Under the pieces are notes generated by a model, which worked only from the letters and a program-made list of their open reading frames with translations, ran no database searches and was not told where the DNA came from. The position numbers and the translations under genes were made by a program. DNA of 64,000 nt from an uncultured Clostridia bacterium (lineage in GTDB: Bacteria; Bacillota; Clostridia; Christensenellales; CAG-138). The DNA is taken from the NCBI GenBank assembly GCA_946625575.1, contig CAMOTD010000001.1, forward strand, positions 67,279-131,278, read 5' to 3'. Position 1 is the stretch's first letter, and the number at the start of each line of letters is the position of its first letter. This document shows positions 36,730-45,992 of this stretch, one piece after another.

Positions 36730-39051
36730 TCAGACCTTTCTGATAAGGTATTCACCGTTGTCGTATTCAAGAACGGCAGTATCGCCGGAAGCGATCTTAC
36801 CGCTCAAAACAGCCTTGCTTAACGGATCCTCTATAAGCAGAGCGACCTTTCGGGCGACGCCGTACGCATTCGAATTGAATTGAGATGCGATCGACGCGGC
36901 TACTTCGCCGCCGAACTTGAGAACGACGCCCTTTGAGGCGGCCTTTGATGCGATAGAATCAATAGTCTTCGAGACAACTCTGTGCAAGGCTGCGTCGTCA
37001 AGCGGGTCGAAAACAACTACCTCGTCGATATTTGACAGGACGGACGAAGGAAGCGCTCCGTCGATCCATGAGATGGCGTCATCACGGCGGTCGGAGGAAG
37101 CAAATCCCATCCTGCCGGTCTTTTCGGGACAGTCGGCTGAAAAAGCGATGATCGCGTTCCTGAAGCTGACGGCCCTGCCCCTTCCGTCATCTATAACACC
37201 GTTTTCAAGTATCTCCGATAATACCGAAACGGCGGAATCATGCAGTTTTTCGGGAGAAGTGATCATAATGACCGATACGGGATGCAGCTTCGCGAATTCC
37301 GTCAGCATGCCGCCTTTTTCGGAGTCCTTATATCCAACAGGAGCGCCAATAAGCCTGTCGCCTGACGACGCGTCAGCATAATCCGCTCCGTTCAGTCGAA
37401 CGACCGAACCGCCGGAATAGATCTCGGACAATCGTCCGATAAGCGTTTTCTTACCAGTACCCCTCGGACCGATCATCACAAAAGAAGCAAACGGCTTGTT
37501 GCTGCTGTTGAGACCCGCGGCAGACCTTCTCAAAGCAGCAGAAACTGTCTTTATCGCCTCGGTTTGACCGAAAACGGACGAGCCGAGCTGTTCTTCAAGA
37601 CCCATAAACCGTTCGGTCCCGAGTATCATGTCAAGGCTCAGACCTGTTCTTTCGCTGATGACACGCGCAACGTCTCGCGGCGTTAGCATCAAATCGTTCG
37701 TTTCACCGGATTTTAAGGTATCTCTCAGCTTCCTTGCAAGCTCGTAATCCCCCTTTGCGGCGGCGGATTCAATGCTCTCGTTTCCGTCGTTGTCAAGACG
37801 GAGCCTTGCGCAGGATTCGTCGATCAGATCGATCGCTTTATCGGGAAGCCGACGATTTGCGATATAACGAACGGAGAGTTCGATCGCGGCGTCGATCGCT
37901 TCGGATCCGATCGTTACGCCGTGATGTTTCTCATAACGGGATTTGAGTCCTTTAAGTATCTCGCGGGTTTGATCTGCATCGGGTTCGCTGATCAATATGG
38001 GAGTAAACCTTCTTTCAAGGGCGGCGTCCTTCTCGATAAAGGATCTGTACTCCTCCACCGTCGTCGCGCCTATGACGCGAAGCTCGCCTCTGGCAAGCGC
38101 GGGCTTCATGATATTGGCGGCGTCAAGGCTTCCCTCGCCGGATCCGGCGCCTACGATAGTGTGTATCTCGTCGATAAACAGTATTATCGAGCTGTCGTTC
38201 CTTAACTCGTCCAGGACCGTTTTAAGACGTTCCTCAAACTCACCGCGATACTTTGTACCGGCTATCATCGAGCCGACGTCAAGCGAAATGAGGCGCGATT
38301 GAGACAGCATCGCAGGAACGCTGCCCTCGGCGATTCTAAGCGCGATCCCTTCTGCGACCGCGGATTTTCCCACGCCGGGGTCGCCGATAAGCACGGCGTT
38401 GTTCTTCGTCCTTCTGCAGAGGGTTTGAAGCACCCTTGATATTTCGCTGTCCCTGCCGATGACCGGATCGAGCTTGCCTTCAAAAGCAAGCGAAGTCAGA
38501 TCGGTCGAATACGCGTCGAGGATAGGCGTCGAACCCGCCTGCGTCATTTTATAAGAAGCGGGCTTTATCTCGGCTTCTTCCTCATAATAAGGCTCTTCCT
38601 GGGAGGATCGATCCGTTTTTGTCAGCGAGGCTTTAAGTGCGGCTTTGTCTGTACAAAGGGAGTCGATTATCCTTGCGCCCATCGAATCCCGTTCACGCAT
38701 TATCGCGAGAAGAATATGCTCCGTGCCGACAAGATCGGATCCGGCATATTTTGCCTCGTAAAATGCAAGCTCGAGGATCTTCTTTGCTGTCTGCGTATTG
38801 CCGAAGCTGTCAGTAAAAACGCTCCTGCCGCCACCGACAACGGAATCGATGAACGGAGAGGCGCCTTCGCCGTCAACGCCGTATTTGACAAGCAGATCGG
38901 AAGTCCTGTCGCCGCACTTAATAATGCCCATAAGCAAATGCTCACTGCCAACGAAGCGGTGACCGAATTCCTTTGCGCATTCCTGTGCCCCTGAAAGGGC
39001 GTTTATTGCATTTTCGGTAAATCTTGACAGTTCCATACGGGCTATATCCAA
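36730..39051 (-). CDS. ClpC-like Clp/Hsp100 ATPase with degenerate second AAA+ domain
   Basis: Two Clp-N repeats (EHLLMGI, EHILLAI); LDPVIGR, GDPGVGKS, KYRGEFEER, FIDEIH, GATT, DAALERRF, LPDKAIDL; short UVR motif. Start 39051 (TTG) or 39036. Confidence 0.9.
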   Translation of the reverse strand: MDIARMELSRFTENAINALSGAQECAKEFGHRFVGSEHLLMGIIKCGDRTSDLLVKYGVDGEGASPFIDSVVGGGRSVFTDSFGNTQTAKKILELAFYEAKYAGSDLVGTEHILLAIMRERDSMGARIIDSLCTDKAALKASLTKTDRSSQEEPYYEEEAEIKPASYKMTQAGSTPILDAYSTDLTSLAFEGKLDPVIGRDSEISRVLQTLCRRTKNNAVLIGDPGVGKSAVAEGIALRIAEGSVPAMLSQSRLISLDVGSMIAGTKYRGEFEERLKTVLDELRNDSSIILFIDEIHTIVGAGSGEGSLDAANIMKPALARGELRVIGATTVEEYRSFIEKDAALERRFTPILISEPDADQTREILKGLKSRYEKHHGVTIGSEAIDAAIELSVRYIANRRLPDKAIDLIDESCARLRLDNDGNESIESAAAKGDYELARKLRDTLKSGETNDLMLTPRDVARVISERTGLSLDMILGTERFMGLEEQLGSSVFGQTEAIKTVSAALRRSAAGLNSSNKPFASFVMIGPRGTGKKTLIGRLSEIYSGGSVVRLNGADYADASSGDRLIGAPVGYKDSEKGGMLTEFAKLHPVSVIMITSPEKLHDSAVSVLSEILENGVIDDGRGRAVSFRNAIIAFSADCPEKTGRMGFASSDRRDDAISWIDGALPSSVLSNIDEVVVFDPLDDAALHRVVSKTIDSIASKAASKGVVLKFGGEVAASIASQFNSNAYGVARKVALLIEDPLSKAVLSGKIASGDTAVLEYDNGEYLIRKV

Positions 39052-39055
39052 GGGA

Positions 39056-39388
39056 CTAACCCGGAGGCCACTCCATGCTCCTGCCTCCGAGAAGGTGCAT
39101 ATGCAGATGCTTTACGCTTTGTCCGCCTTCGTCGCCGGTGTTGATGACGATACGGAAGCCGTTTTCGGCGATACCTTCTTCAACGGCAAGCTTTTTGGCG
39201 ACTTCGGTCAGCATCCCGACGGTCTCGGGATCTGCTTCGAGTATCGAATCAAAATGCTTCTTGGGTATCAAAAGGATGTGTACGGGCGCCTGAGGGTCTA
39301 TGTCCCTGAAAGCGAGCACGTTTTCGTCCTCATATACCTTAGTCGAAGGTATCTCGCCGGCAATTATCCGACAGAAGAGACAGTTCAC
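39056..39388 (-). CDS. HIT family nucleotide hydrolase (HinT-like)
   Basis: CLFCRII, AFRDIDPQAPVH, GQSVKHLHMHLLGG, WPPG; GTG start at 39388 after GGAGG, overlapping mtaB by 50 nt. Confidence 0.95.
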   Translation of the reverse strand: MNCLFCRIIAGEIPSTKVYEDENVLAFRDIDPQAPVHILLIPKKHFDSILEADPETVGMLTEVAKKLAVEEGIAENGFRIVINTGDEGGQSVKHLHMHLLGGRSMEWPPG

Positions 39389-40670
39389 CGTTCTTTTCCT
39401 CCATAATAGTTTTAATATCCGCATCCACAAGCGAGTTGAGCGGCGCCTGCGGAATAAAGACGCGAATGTAGTTATCCGTAAACCCGCTCACCAAGCCGTT
39501 AGAATTTTCGGACTCCGTAAGTACGTTCACGGTTTTGCCGACAGATCGTTCAAGGAAGCTCCTTTCAAGCTCCTTTCCTATGCCGATGAGCTCCTGCGCC
39601 CTTTGCGTTTTCTCTGCGTTCGTAAGCTGTCCAGGCATTAGATCCGCTTTTGTACCGCTCCTTCTGGAGTACGGGAAAACGTGCGTCCTCGCAAAACCGA
39701 TACGTCGCATGAATTCGATCGTTTCCCTGTGCTCGTCCTCCGTCTCTCCGGCAAAACCGGCGATGATATCGGTGGTGATCGCGACATAAGGCGCACGGTC
39801 GCCGTAAGAAGCGCGTATCTTATCGACGATCAGAGCGTATTCGTCTGCGGTATAGCCGCGCCTCATGCGCTTCAGGACGCTTGTGGAGCCGCTCTGCAGG
39901 GAAAGATGGAACTGCGGACATACCCTATCACAGGAAGTGATCCTTGCGATCATTTCATCGGTAAGCCCGTGAGGTTCAAGCGAGCCGAAACGCAAACGCA
40001 TAATATTGTCAAGCCCGTCGATCTGTTCAACGGCGTCGGCAAGATTTACGTTTCCGAGGTCCTTGCCGTAATCGGTCATATGTATGCCGGTAAATACAAC
40101 TTCCTTAAAGCCGGCTTTATCGAGTTTTTCAAGCTCTCTCCTGACAGACTCCAAGCTGCGGCTCCTCACGGCTCCGCGGGCAAACGGGATAGCGCAGTAC
40201 GTGCAGAAGCGGTCGCAGCCGTCCTGAATTTTCAAATATGCCCTCGTCCTGCCTTCGGCGAAAGCGGAAAGCTCTTCAAAGGAACGCTCATGCATCACGT
40301 CGCGCACAAGATTTATCTGTTCATCCGAGGCTGCGATCCCGGCGCAAATCTCGGCAATGCGATTCTTTTCGGTACTGCCTATGACGGCGGCAACCCCTTC
40401 CAATCTCGAAGCCGCTTCAGGTTCCCTCTGCGACCAGCAGCCGGTAACGATGATCTTTGTGTCGGGATTAAGCTTCCTGCATCGGGAGATCATCTGTCGT
40501 GATTTGCGGTCGGCGATATTCGTTACGGTGCAGGTGTTCACTATGGAGATATCAGCCGGTTCATTATCGGGTACTATTGTAAAGCCCGCGGCTCTCAGCA
40601 GCCCCGCCATAGCGTCGCTCTCATATGAATTGACTCTGCAGCCAAGCGTTGTGATAGAAACCTTTATCAT
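39339..40670 (-). CDS. mtaB: tRNA methylthiotransferase MtaB
   Basis: TLGCRVN, VNTCTVT, TGC, QDGCDRFCTYC, HVFPYSRRSGT; prmA-rsmE-mtaB synteny. Confidence 0.93.
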   Translation of the reverse strand: MIKVSITTLGCRVNSYESDAMAGLLRAAGFTIVPDNEPADISIVNTCTVTNIADRKSRQMISRCRKLNPDTKIIVTGCWSQREPEAASRLEGVAAVIGSTEKNRIAEICAGIAASDEQINLVRDVMHERSFEELSAFAEGRTRAYLKIQDGCDRFCTYCAIPFARGAVRSRSLESVRRELEKLDKAGFKEVVFTGIHMTDYGKDLGNVNLADAVEQIDGLDNIMRLRFGSLEPHGLTDEMIARITSCDRVCPQFHLSLQSGSTSVLKRMRRGYTADEYALIVDKIRASYGDRAPYVAITTDIIAGFAGETEDEHRETIEFMRRIGFARTHVFPYSRRSGTKADLMPGQLTNAEKTQRAQELIGIGKELERSFLERSVGKTVNVLTESENSNGLVSGFTDNYIRVFIPQAPLNSLVDADIKTIMEEKNGELSLLSDNCRRDTFD

Positions 40671-41389
40671 TGTTCGAATTCGTACATTATCTGAGCAAGC
40701 GTCGCAATGCCGGCGGTCTCCGTCCTCAATATCCTCTTACCGAGCGATACGGATACGGCGCCCTTCTTGATGAGCTCCTCTGCCTCCGAGGATTCGAAAC
40801 CGCCCTCGGGTCCAATAAACACGGCGATCGATCGAGCGTCTTTCGACCTGTTCAACGCCGCTTTGAGCGTAGTTACGTCCTCGTTTTCATATGCTAAAAG
40901 CACCGCGTCAAAATGAGTAAGATCAACGGACGAAAGCTTAACAGGCGGCTTTACTTCGGGAATGAAGGCACGCCCGCATTGCTTTGAGGCTTCCTGGGCA
41001 ACTTTATTCCAGCGAACGAGCTTTCCGTCTTTGCCGTCGATCTTAACGACGCATCTTCTGGATACGGTCGGAACGAACTCGTGTATGCCGAGCTCAACGC
41101 ATTTCTGTATGATCAGTTCCATTTTGCCCTGCTTGGGCAGGCATTGGAAGAGCGTAACGTTGACGGAGGGCTCAGCGGATGACGAACGGCTTTCGACGAC
41201 GTTCAATACCGCTTCGTTATCGGAGACAGACTCGATACGGGACAGATACTCCGTTCCTTTACCGTCTATCAAAAGGAGCTCGTCGCCGGGACGCATACGC
41301 AAAACCACGGCGACGTGTCTTGCTTCGTCGCCGGTAAGCGTAACGAGACCGTTATCGTTTGTTACGGAATCCGAAAAGAACCTTCTCAT
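40667..41389 (-). CDS. rsmE: 16S rRNA m3U1498 methyltransferase
   Basis: HVAVVLRM, QKCVELG, EASKQCGR, IGPEGG, LGKRILRTETA; ATGA overlap with prmA. Confidence 0.96.
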   Translation of the reverse strand: MRRFFSDSVTNDNGLVTLTGDEARHVAVVLRMRPGDELLLIDGKGTEYLSRIESVSDNEAVLNVVESRSSSAEPSVNVTLFQCLPKQGKMELIIQKCVELGIHEFVPTVSRRCVVKIDGKDGKLVRWNKVAQEASKQCGRAFIPEVKPPVKLSSVDLTHFDAVLLAYENEDVTTLKAALNRSKDARSIAVFIGPEGGFESSEAEELIKKGAVSVSLGKRILRTETAGIATLAQIMYEFEQ

Positions 41390-42357
41390 TTGAGCTCCGC
41401 CTCTAATGCTCGCCAATCCTCGCCCTCAAGCACCTTATTGACTTTAAGACCGTTCCTGTCGAGAGCCTCAATAACTTCGTCAAGCCTGTCGTCGATAATA
41501 CCCGAAGCAATGAATCTGGAGCCCTTGTGCATCAGATAAGGCACCATCGGCGCAAGCGCGATTATAACGTTTGCAACGATATTCGCAAGCACGATATCAT
41601 ATTGACGGCGCATGACCGCGGTCCTAATCTGTTTATCGGTCAGTATATCGCCGGTATAAACGGTGTATTTCATGAGGTCGATGCCGTTTTCCTCCGCAGT
41701 TTCAACGGCAACTTTAGTAGCGACCGGATCGATGTCGAGTGCGACCGCCTCGCTTGCGCCCATCAAAAGCGCAGCCGTCGACAGTATTCCGCTCCCGCAG
41801 CCGATATCCGCGACGAGCTCGCCTCCGTGCATATTCTTTTCAAGGAGCTCAAGACACATCCTCGTCGTATGGTGCGTTCCCGTACCGAATGCCATGCCCG
41901 GATCGATCCTCAATATTGCCCTGGTCCCGTCGTCCTCGGCTTTTTCCCAGGTCGGACAGACGGTTAGCCTTTCGCCGATGTTTATGGGCTTATAATACTT
42001 CTTCCAATTATTTGCCCAGTCCTCTTCATCCACCTCTTGAGCGAATACTTCAAGCGTCCCCAAGGGAACGCCGATCTCCGGCTCGATCGCAGAAAGCTCT
42101 TTCATCGATGCGCGTACAGCCTCCTCTATCCCTTCGTTTTCGGGAAGAAGAGCGACGTACGCTCTGACGGCAGGCTGGTTTTCAAGCGCCGCATCGTCCG
42201 CATAGTCCCAGTATTTGACCGCTTCGGTCATAAGCTTTTCTACCGCTTCCCTGCCCTGTATGATGCTGACCTCGTTTATTCCGAGCATGGAAAGCCTTGC
42301 GGACACAATGTCCGCACCTTCATCGGTAGTCATTATCGTGATCTCAAGCCACTTCAT
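41386..42357 (-). CDS. prmA: Ribosomal protein L11 methyltransferase
   Basis: DWANNWKKYY, IDPGMAFGTGTH.TT, DIGCGSGIL, ANI, SGII. Confidence 0.96.
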   Translation of the reverse strand: MKWLEITIMTTDEGADIVSARLSMLGINEVSIIQGREAVEKLMTEAVKYWDYADDAALENQPAVRAYVALLPENEGIEEAVRASMKELSAIEPEIGVPLGTLEVFAQEVDEEDWANNWKKYYKPINIGERLTVCPTWEKAEDDGTRAILRIDPGMAFGTGTHHTTRMCLELLEKNMHGGELVADIGCGSGILSTAALLMGASEAVALDIDPVATKVAVETAEENGIDLMKYTVYTGDILTDKQIRTAVMRRQYDIVLANIVANVIIALAPMVPYLMHKGSRFIASGIIDDRLDEVIEALDRNGLKVNKVLEGEDWRALEAELK

Positions 42358-42479
42358 ACTTACGCCTCCGCATTTTTCTGTAATAGATTATAACATGTTT
42401 TTCCGTTTTTGCATAGTAATTCATTTTTGAGTTTTTTAGATAATAAAATCCTATGAAGATATTATCAAGGAGGGAAAGA

Positions 42480-43958
42480 ATGGAAATCATTTATAAAGAA
42501 ACCGCGGCGGAACTGCTCGTTTCAAAAAAAGAGCTTGCGACTCAGGTGACCGGCGAGCTCCCGTCTCCCGACGGAAGATCCGTAAACCGAGTGCTCTCCG
42601 CAGTTCCGGGCATCCGGCTTAACTCGATCAGCACGGAAAGCGGCGCTGTCGTATTCGAAGGAAGGATAAACGTATCAGTAAACGCACTCGACTTGAACGA
42701 TGAGCTGTTCTCATATAATTCAGGCGCTTCGTTCAGGCAATCCGTTGAAATACCCGAAGCCGATAAAGGCATGACCGCGAAGGTCGCGTCTTCGGTAAGA
42801 AGCATAACTCTTAAGCCTTCGCCGAACGGAGCAAGCATGGAAGCTGAAGTTGATTTTGATATCCGCGTACTGTCCGCAGCGCCTGTCAGAGCCTGTATGG
42901 GAGCGAAGGATGCAGATGATATCGAAGTGAAGACCCGTCAGATCAAAACGTATATTAAGCGTTACATAGGCACGAAAACACTCGATCTGCGCGAGGAAAT
43001 AACGGTAGATGAGCCCGTCGGCGTTATATCCTCCGAATCCACGGTCAATATAAAGGACGTTATATCGGATCAGGGCGGCGCAGTAGTAAGCGGTTCAATA
43101 ACGGTTTCCGCTGTAACTTTAGACTCAAGAGGCGGCGTCTCGCAAACTGTTAAACAGATACCGTTTCGCGAACGTCTTTCGATAAGTATCGACGGAGACG
43201 GCGTTTTCTGCAAGGTAAATAACAGCTCCGTTTATCTTCGTTCCCTCGGCGACGACTTCCCGATGATCGCCATAGAAGCGCAGATAGAGCTTGAGTTCTT
43301 CGCTGCGGACGAATTTGAAGCCGAAATGCCCGTCGATATGTTCTCGCCCACATGTGGGATAAGCGCCGTAAAAGAGGATCTCATGCTTTATAATGAGCGC
43401 GGGAACGTCTGCGTTCAAACGACTATGAAGGATTCCGTCGAGGTACCCGAGAATACGCCTCCCATCAAGGAAATTCTTTACGCAAGCGCAGTTCCCGTCG
43501 TGACCGGCGCCGTTTGCGAGCGCGACGGTATAACGGTCAACGGGATCTTGTCGACGACAGTCGCTTATTTGAGCGAATACGGGATAAAGGATTCCTTCAA
43601 AACGAACGTTGATTTTCAGGTCTCATTACCCGTAGTCACTCCTTCGGAATCGTCGGATATCAATGCCGAGTGTGTGGCTTCAGCGGTCATGGGAGGCGAC
43701 AGGAACGTGCAGATACAGTATTTCCTGTCGGTCGCGGCGGATATTGTTTCATTGGACGAGGTATCGATCGTGACGTCGCTCGCAGAAGCTCCCGTAAAAG
43801 TAAACGAACCCGGGATAATGATCATATTCGCTTCCGAGGGCGAAGACGTTTTCGATATTGCAAAAAGATTCTCCGTTTCCTGCGAAAGCGTGCGGAAGCT
43901 CAATCCGGACGTTGCCGAACCGTTTAAGGACGGCGACAAGCTGCTTATGATGGTTTGA
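42480..43958 (+). CDS. SPOCS (DUF3794) repeat + LysM spore coat morphogenetic protein (SipL-like)
   Basis: Three repeated beta-rich units (e.g. VVFEGRINVSV, VVSGSITVSAV, ITVNGILSTTVAY); C-terminal GEDVFDIAKRFSVS...LN LysM. Confidence 0.75.
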   Translation: MEIIYKETAAELLVSKKELATQVTGELPSPDGRSVNRVLSAVPGIRLNSISTESGAVVFEGRINVSVNALDLNDELFSYNSGASFRQSVEIPEADKGMTAKVASSVRSITLKPSPNGASMEAEVDFDIRVLSAAPVRACMGAKDADDIEVKTRQIKTYIKRYIGTKTLDLREEITVDEPVGVISSESTVNIKDVISDQGGAVVSGSITVSAVTLDSRGGVSQTVKQIPFRERLSISIDGDGVFCKVNNSSVYLRSLGDDFPMIAIEAQIELEFFAADEFEAEMPVDMFSPTCGISAVKEDLMLYNERGNVCVQTTMKDSVEVPENTPPIKEILYASAVPVVTGAVCERDGITVNGILSTTVAYLSEYGIKDSFKTNVDFQVSLPVVTPSESSDINAECVASAVMGGDRNVQIQYFLSVAADIVSLDEVSIVTSLAEAPVKVNEPGIMIIFASEGEDVFDIAKRFSVSCESVRKLNPDVAEPFKDGDKLLMMV

Positions 43959-44045
43959 AGCAAGGTGAAAGACCGATGAAGCGCGGTTCTGCATAGTGTG
44001 TATTTTAAGCCTGACGAGAACCGGTCAAGGGAACTCCATGAAGCA

Positions 44046-44075
44046 AAAAGCCGAGGCGATTTAACCTCGGCTTTT
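44046..44075. terminator. Bidirectional terminator
   Basis: AAAAGCCGAGG-cgatttaa-CCTCGGCTTTT. Confidence 0.85.
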
Positions 44076-44157
44076 GAGATTTGTAACACAAAGTTCCCGC
44101 TTGCTGAACAGTGCTTCAAATTATGCGTTATTTCTTTCTGTATGCTTTGATCGGGCA

Positions 44158-44922
44158 TTACAGATCCGCCACATATTCGGCAAGTGCAAGCGCGATACCA
44201 AAGTGCCACGGATCATGCTGAGTATGTTCGATCTGTCCCTTTTCCTTTCTGTCGGTCCATTCCGGTGAGTCAAGCAAATCTCCGCTTGTAAAGAACATGT
44301 ATACTTCCAAGCCCCTGAAATCACAGACCGCCTGAACAGCCGCACCTTCCATTTCTACCGAAATGCAGCCGTCTGCCCTGCGTTTTTCGAAATTGTTGAC
44401 TGTTTCTCTGTAATAAGCATCCGTGGTCCAGGTTTTTCCCAAAACATACGGGATCCGGTTCTTTTCCATAAAATCACTAACGACGTTATGGTTTTTGATC
44501 CGAATGTAATCCGATGCGGGAGCATAATGATAGGAGGTCCCTTCGTCTCTGTAAGCATCGGTCGGGATCATGACCTTGCCCCTGGCGATTTCCTTATTCA
44601 AGCACCCCGCTCCGCCGAAATGGATGATTTTTCCGGTGTTCAGAACAGTTGATAATTCTTCGATCGGCGCTATACAAGCAGGAGCTCCGACCCACGTCCT
44701 GTAAAAGCCGAATTGCTTTCCGTGGTATTTGAGCAAATATACGGAGGTTGCGCCGCAGGCCATAAAGAATTCCCCGACTTTCTTGCAGTCGCAGTGCGCC
44801 GTCACGTATTGTTCGATCTCCTGAGAGAAAGTAAAGATGACAGCGTCAACGGGAACGGCGTTCTCGTTCCGCTTCACATTGATCTTGGCAGGGGATTTGT
44901 TATCGAACGTATCGGTTATCAT
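44158..44922 (-). CDS. Nucleoside phosphorylase family (PNP_UDP_1) protein
   Basis: VGAP, GGAG, AYRDEGTSYHY, WTTDAYYRET, VEME. Confidence 0.88.
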   Translation of the reverse strand: MITDTFDNKSPAKINVKRNENAVPVDAVIFTFSQEIEQYVTAHCDCKKVGEFFMACGATSVYLLKYHGKQFGFYRTWVGAPACIAPIEELSTVLNTGKIIHFGGAGCLNKEIARGKVMIPTDAYRDEGTSYHYAPASDYIRIKNHNVVSDFMEKNRIPYVLGKTWTTDAYYRETVNNFEKRRADGCISVEMEGAAVQAVCDFRGLEVYMFFTSGDLLDSPEWTDRKEKGQIEHTQHDPWHFGIALALAEYVADL

Positions 44923-45019
44923 GGAAAGCCCTTCCTTGCGTTTTGCAGTATAGTGCCTAATAATGCTCGTTTCATAGATTTTAGCATAGATACGCTGAGA
45001 AATCCATAACCGATTATAA

Positions 45020-45066
45020 ACAAAAAGAAAGTACAGCGTAGTTTACCTGTGGCAACCGCGCTGCAC
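45020..45066 (-). terminator. Terminator after tspO
   Basis: Minus strand GTGCAGCGCGGTT...AACTACGCTGTAC followed by TTTCTTTTTG. Confidence 0.65.
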
Positions 45067-45137
45067 CCGCCGATAGAATACGGTTGAAATCTGAAATAAC
45101 CCTTGACAGATCCCCACCGAAAACGATCTGTATCTGT

Positions 45138-45617
45138 TCAGTTATTTAGTATGAAAACCCCGAGGTTCAGGTATGCCGCGAAAGCGAGCCAGATCACGTA
45201 AGGTATTTGCAGATACGAAGCGGTTTTGTCAACCTTGTTGAAATCCGAGATCATCTTAACGACTAATATGATCAGCAGCAAAAGCCATACGAAAGCGACG
45301 AGCCTCAGCTTCAGTTCAAAGAACAGCGGCGTCCATAGCGCGTTTACCAAAAGCTGGATAAGGTAAAAAATCAAAGCTCCGCGCGTTTCCCTCGTATTTG
45401 CAAGATACACCCTCGCCGCCGATATGCCCATCAGCGTATAAAGAATTGTCCAAACAACCGGAAACAGCCATCCGGGCGGCGAAAGCGGCGGCTGCTTCAA
45501 CTCGGCAAACTCCTTCATACCGCCCATACTGACAAGTCCCGATACTGTTCCGACAGCAAGCGCGAGCACTATACTGATCACGTAAACAAGCTTCGGATCG
45601 GGTTTTCTTTTAGTCAT
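45138..45617 (-). CDS. tspO: TspO/MBR family tryptophan-rich sensory protein
   Basis: LKQPPLSPPGWLFPVVWTILYTLMG, QLLVNALWTPLFF, IPYVIWLAFAAYLN. Confidence 0.92.
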   Translation of the reverse strand: MTKRKPDPKLVYVISIVLALAVGTVSGLVSMGGMKEFAELKQPPLSPPGWLFPVVWTILYTLMGISAARVYLANTRETRGALIFYLIQLLVNALWTPLFFELKLRLVAFVWLLLLIILVVKMISDFNKVDKTASYLQIPYVIWLAFAAYLNLGVFILNN

Positions 45618-45651
45618 ACGAAATACTCCCTTCTGATTGATCGCATAATAT

Positions 45652-45681
45652 TATATATGCTTAAAAATCTTAAAAATATGC
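45652..45681 (-). promoter_or_regulatory. sigmaE/sigmaG-like promoter for tspO
   Basis: Minus strand GCATATT, 15 nt spacer, CATATATA. Confidence 0.5.
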
Positions 45682-45710
45682 TTGCATTTTGGAAAGAAGC
45701 GTGATAAAAT
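45682..45710 (+). promoter_or_regulatory. sigmaA promoter for rpmB-glyQS
   Basis: TTGCAT, 17 nt spacer, TGaTAAAAT. Confidence 0.75.
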
Positions 45711-45783
45711 ACTTACGTTTGATTTTTAAGCCGTGCTTTTCAAGTTTTAGCGGCGCGGATTATCTCGGCAAGGAGGTGTAATT

Positions 45784-45975
45784 ATGAGTAAGTATTGCGA
45801 GGTTTGCGGTAAGGGTACCATGAGCGGTAATCTCGTCAGCCATTCCAACAGGAAGACTAAGACCAGCTGGGCTCCCAATATTCAGCGCGTTAATGTCATC
45901 GTCAACGGCACTCCCAAGAAGATGAACGTTTGCACACGTTGTCTTCGTACCGGCAGGGTACAGCGCAGCGTCTGA
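45784..45975 (+). CDS. rpmB: 50S ribosomal protein L28 (Zn-binding C+ form)
   Basis: CEVCGK...GNLVSHSNRK...PNIQ...CTRCLR; AAGGAGG RBS. Confidence 0.97.
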   Translation: MSKYCEVCGKGTMSGNLVSHSNRKTKTSWAPNIQRVNVIVNGTPKKMNVCTRCLRTGRVQRSV

Positions 45976-45992
45976 TAACGCAGGAAAGTATT

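Noticed and set aside
39339-39388. 50-nt mtaB/hit overlap as a frameshift or fusion
   Set aside because: Both proteins are complete and hit has its own GGAGG RBS; an ordinary overlap.
43960-44045. Hammerhead, pistol, fluoride-riboswitch or 6S RNA match
   Set aside because: Fragments resemble each (CTGACGA and GAAA; TTAAGCC; minus-strand ATGGAGTTCC), but the required stems, pseudoknots and remaining conserved segments are missing.
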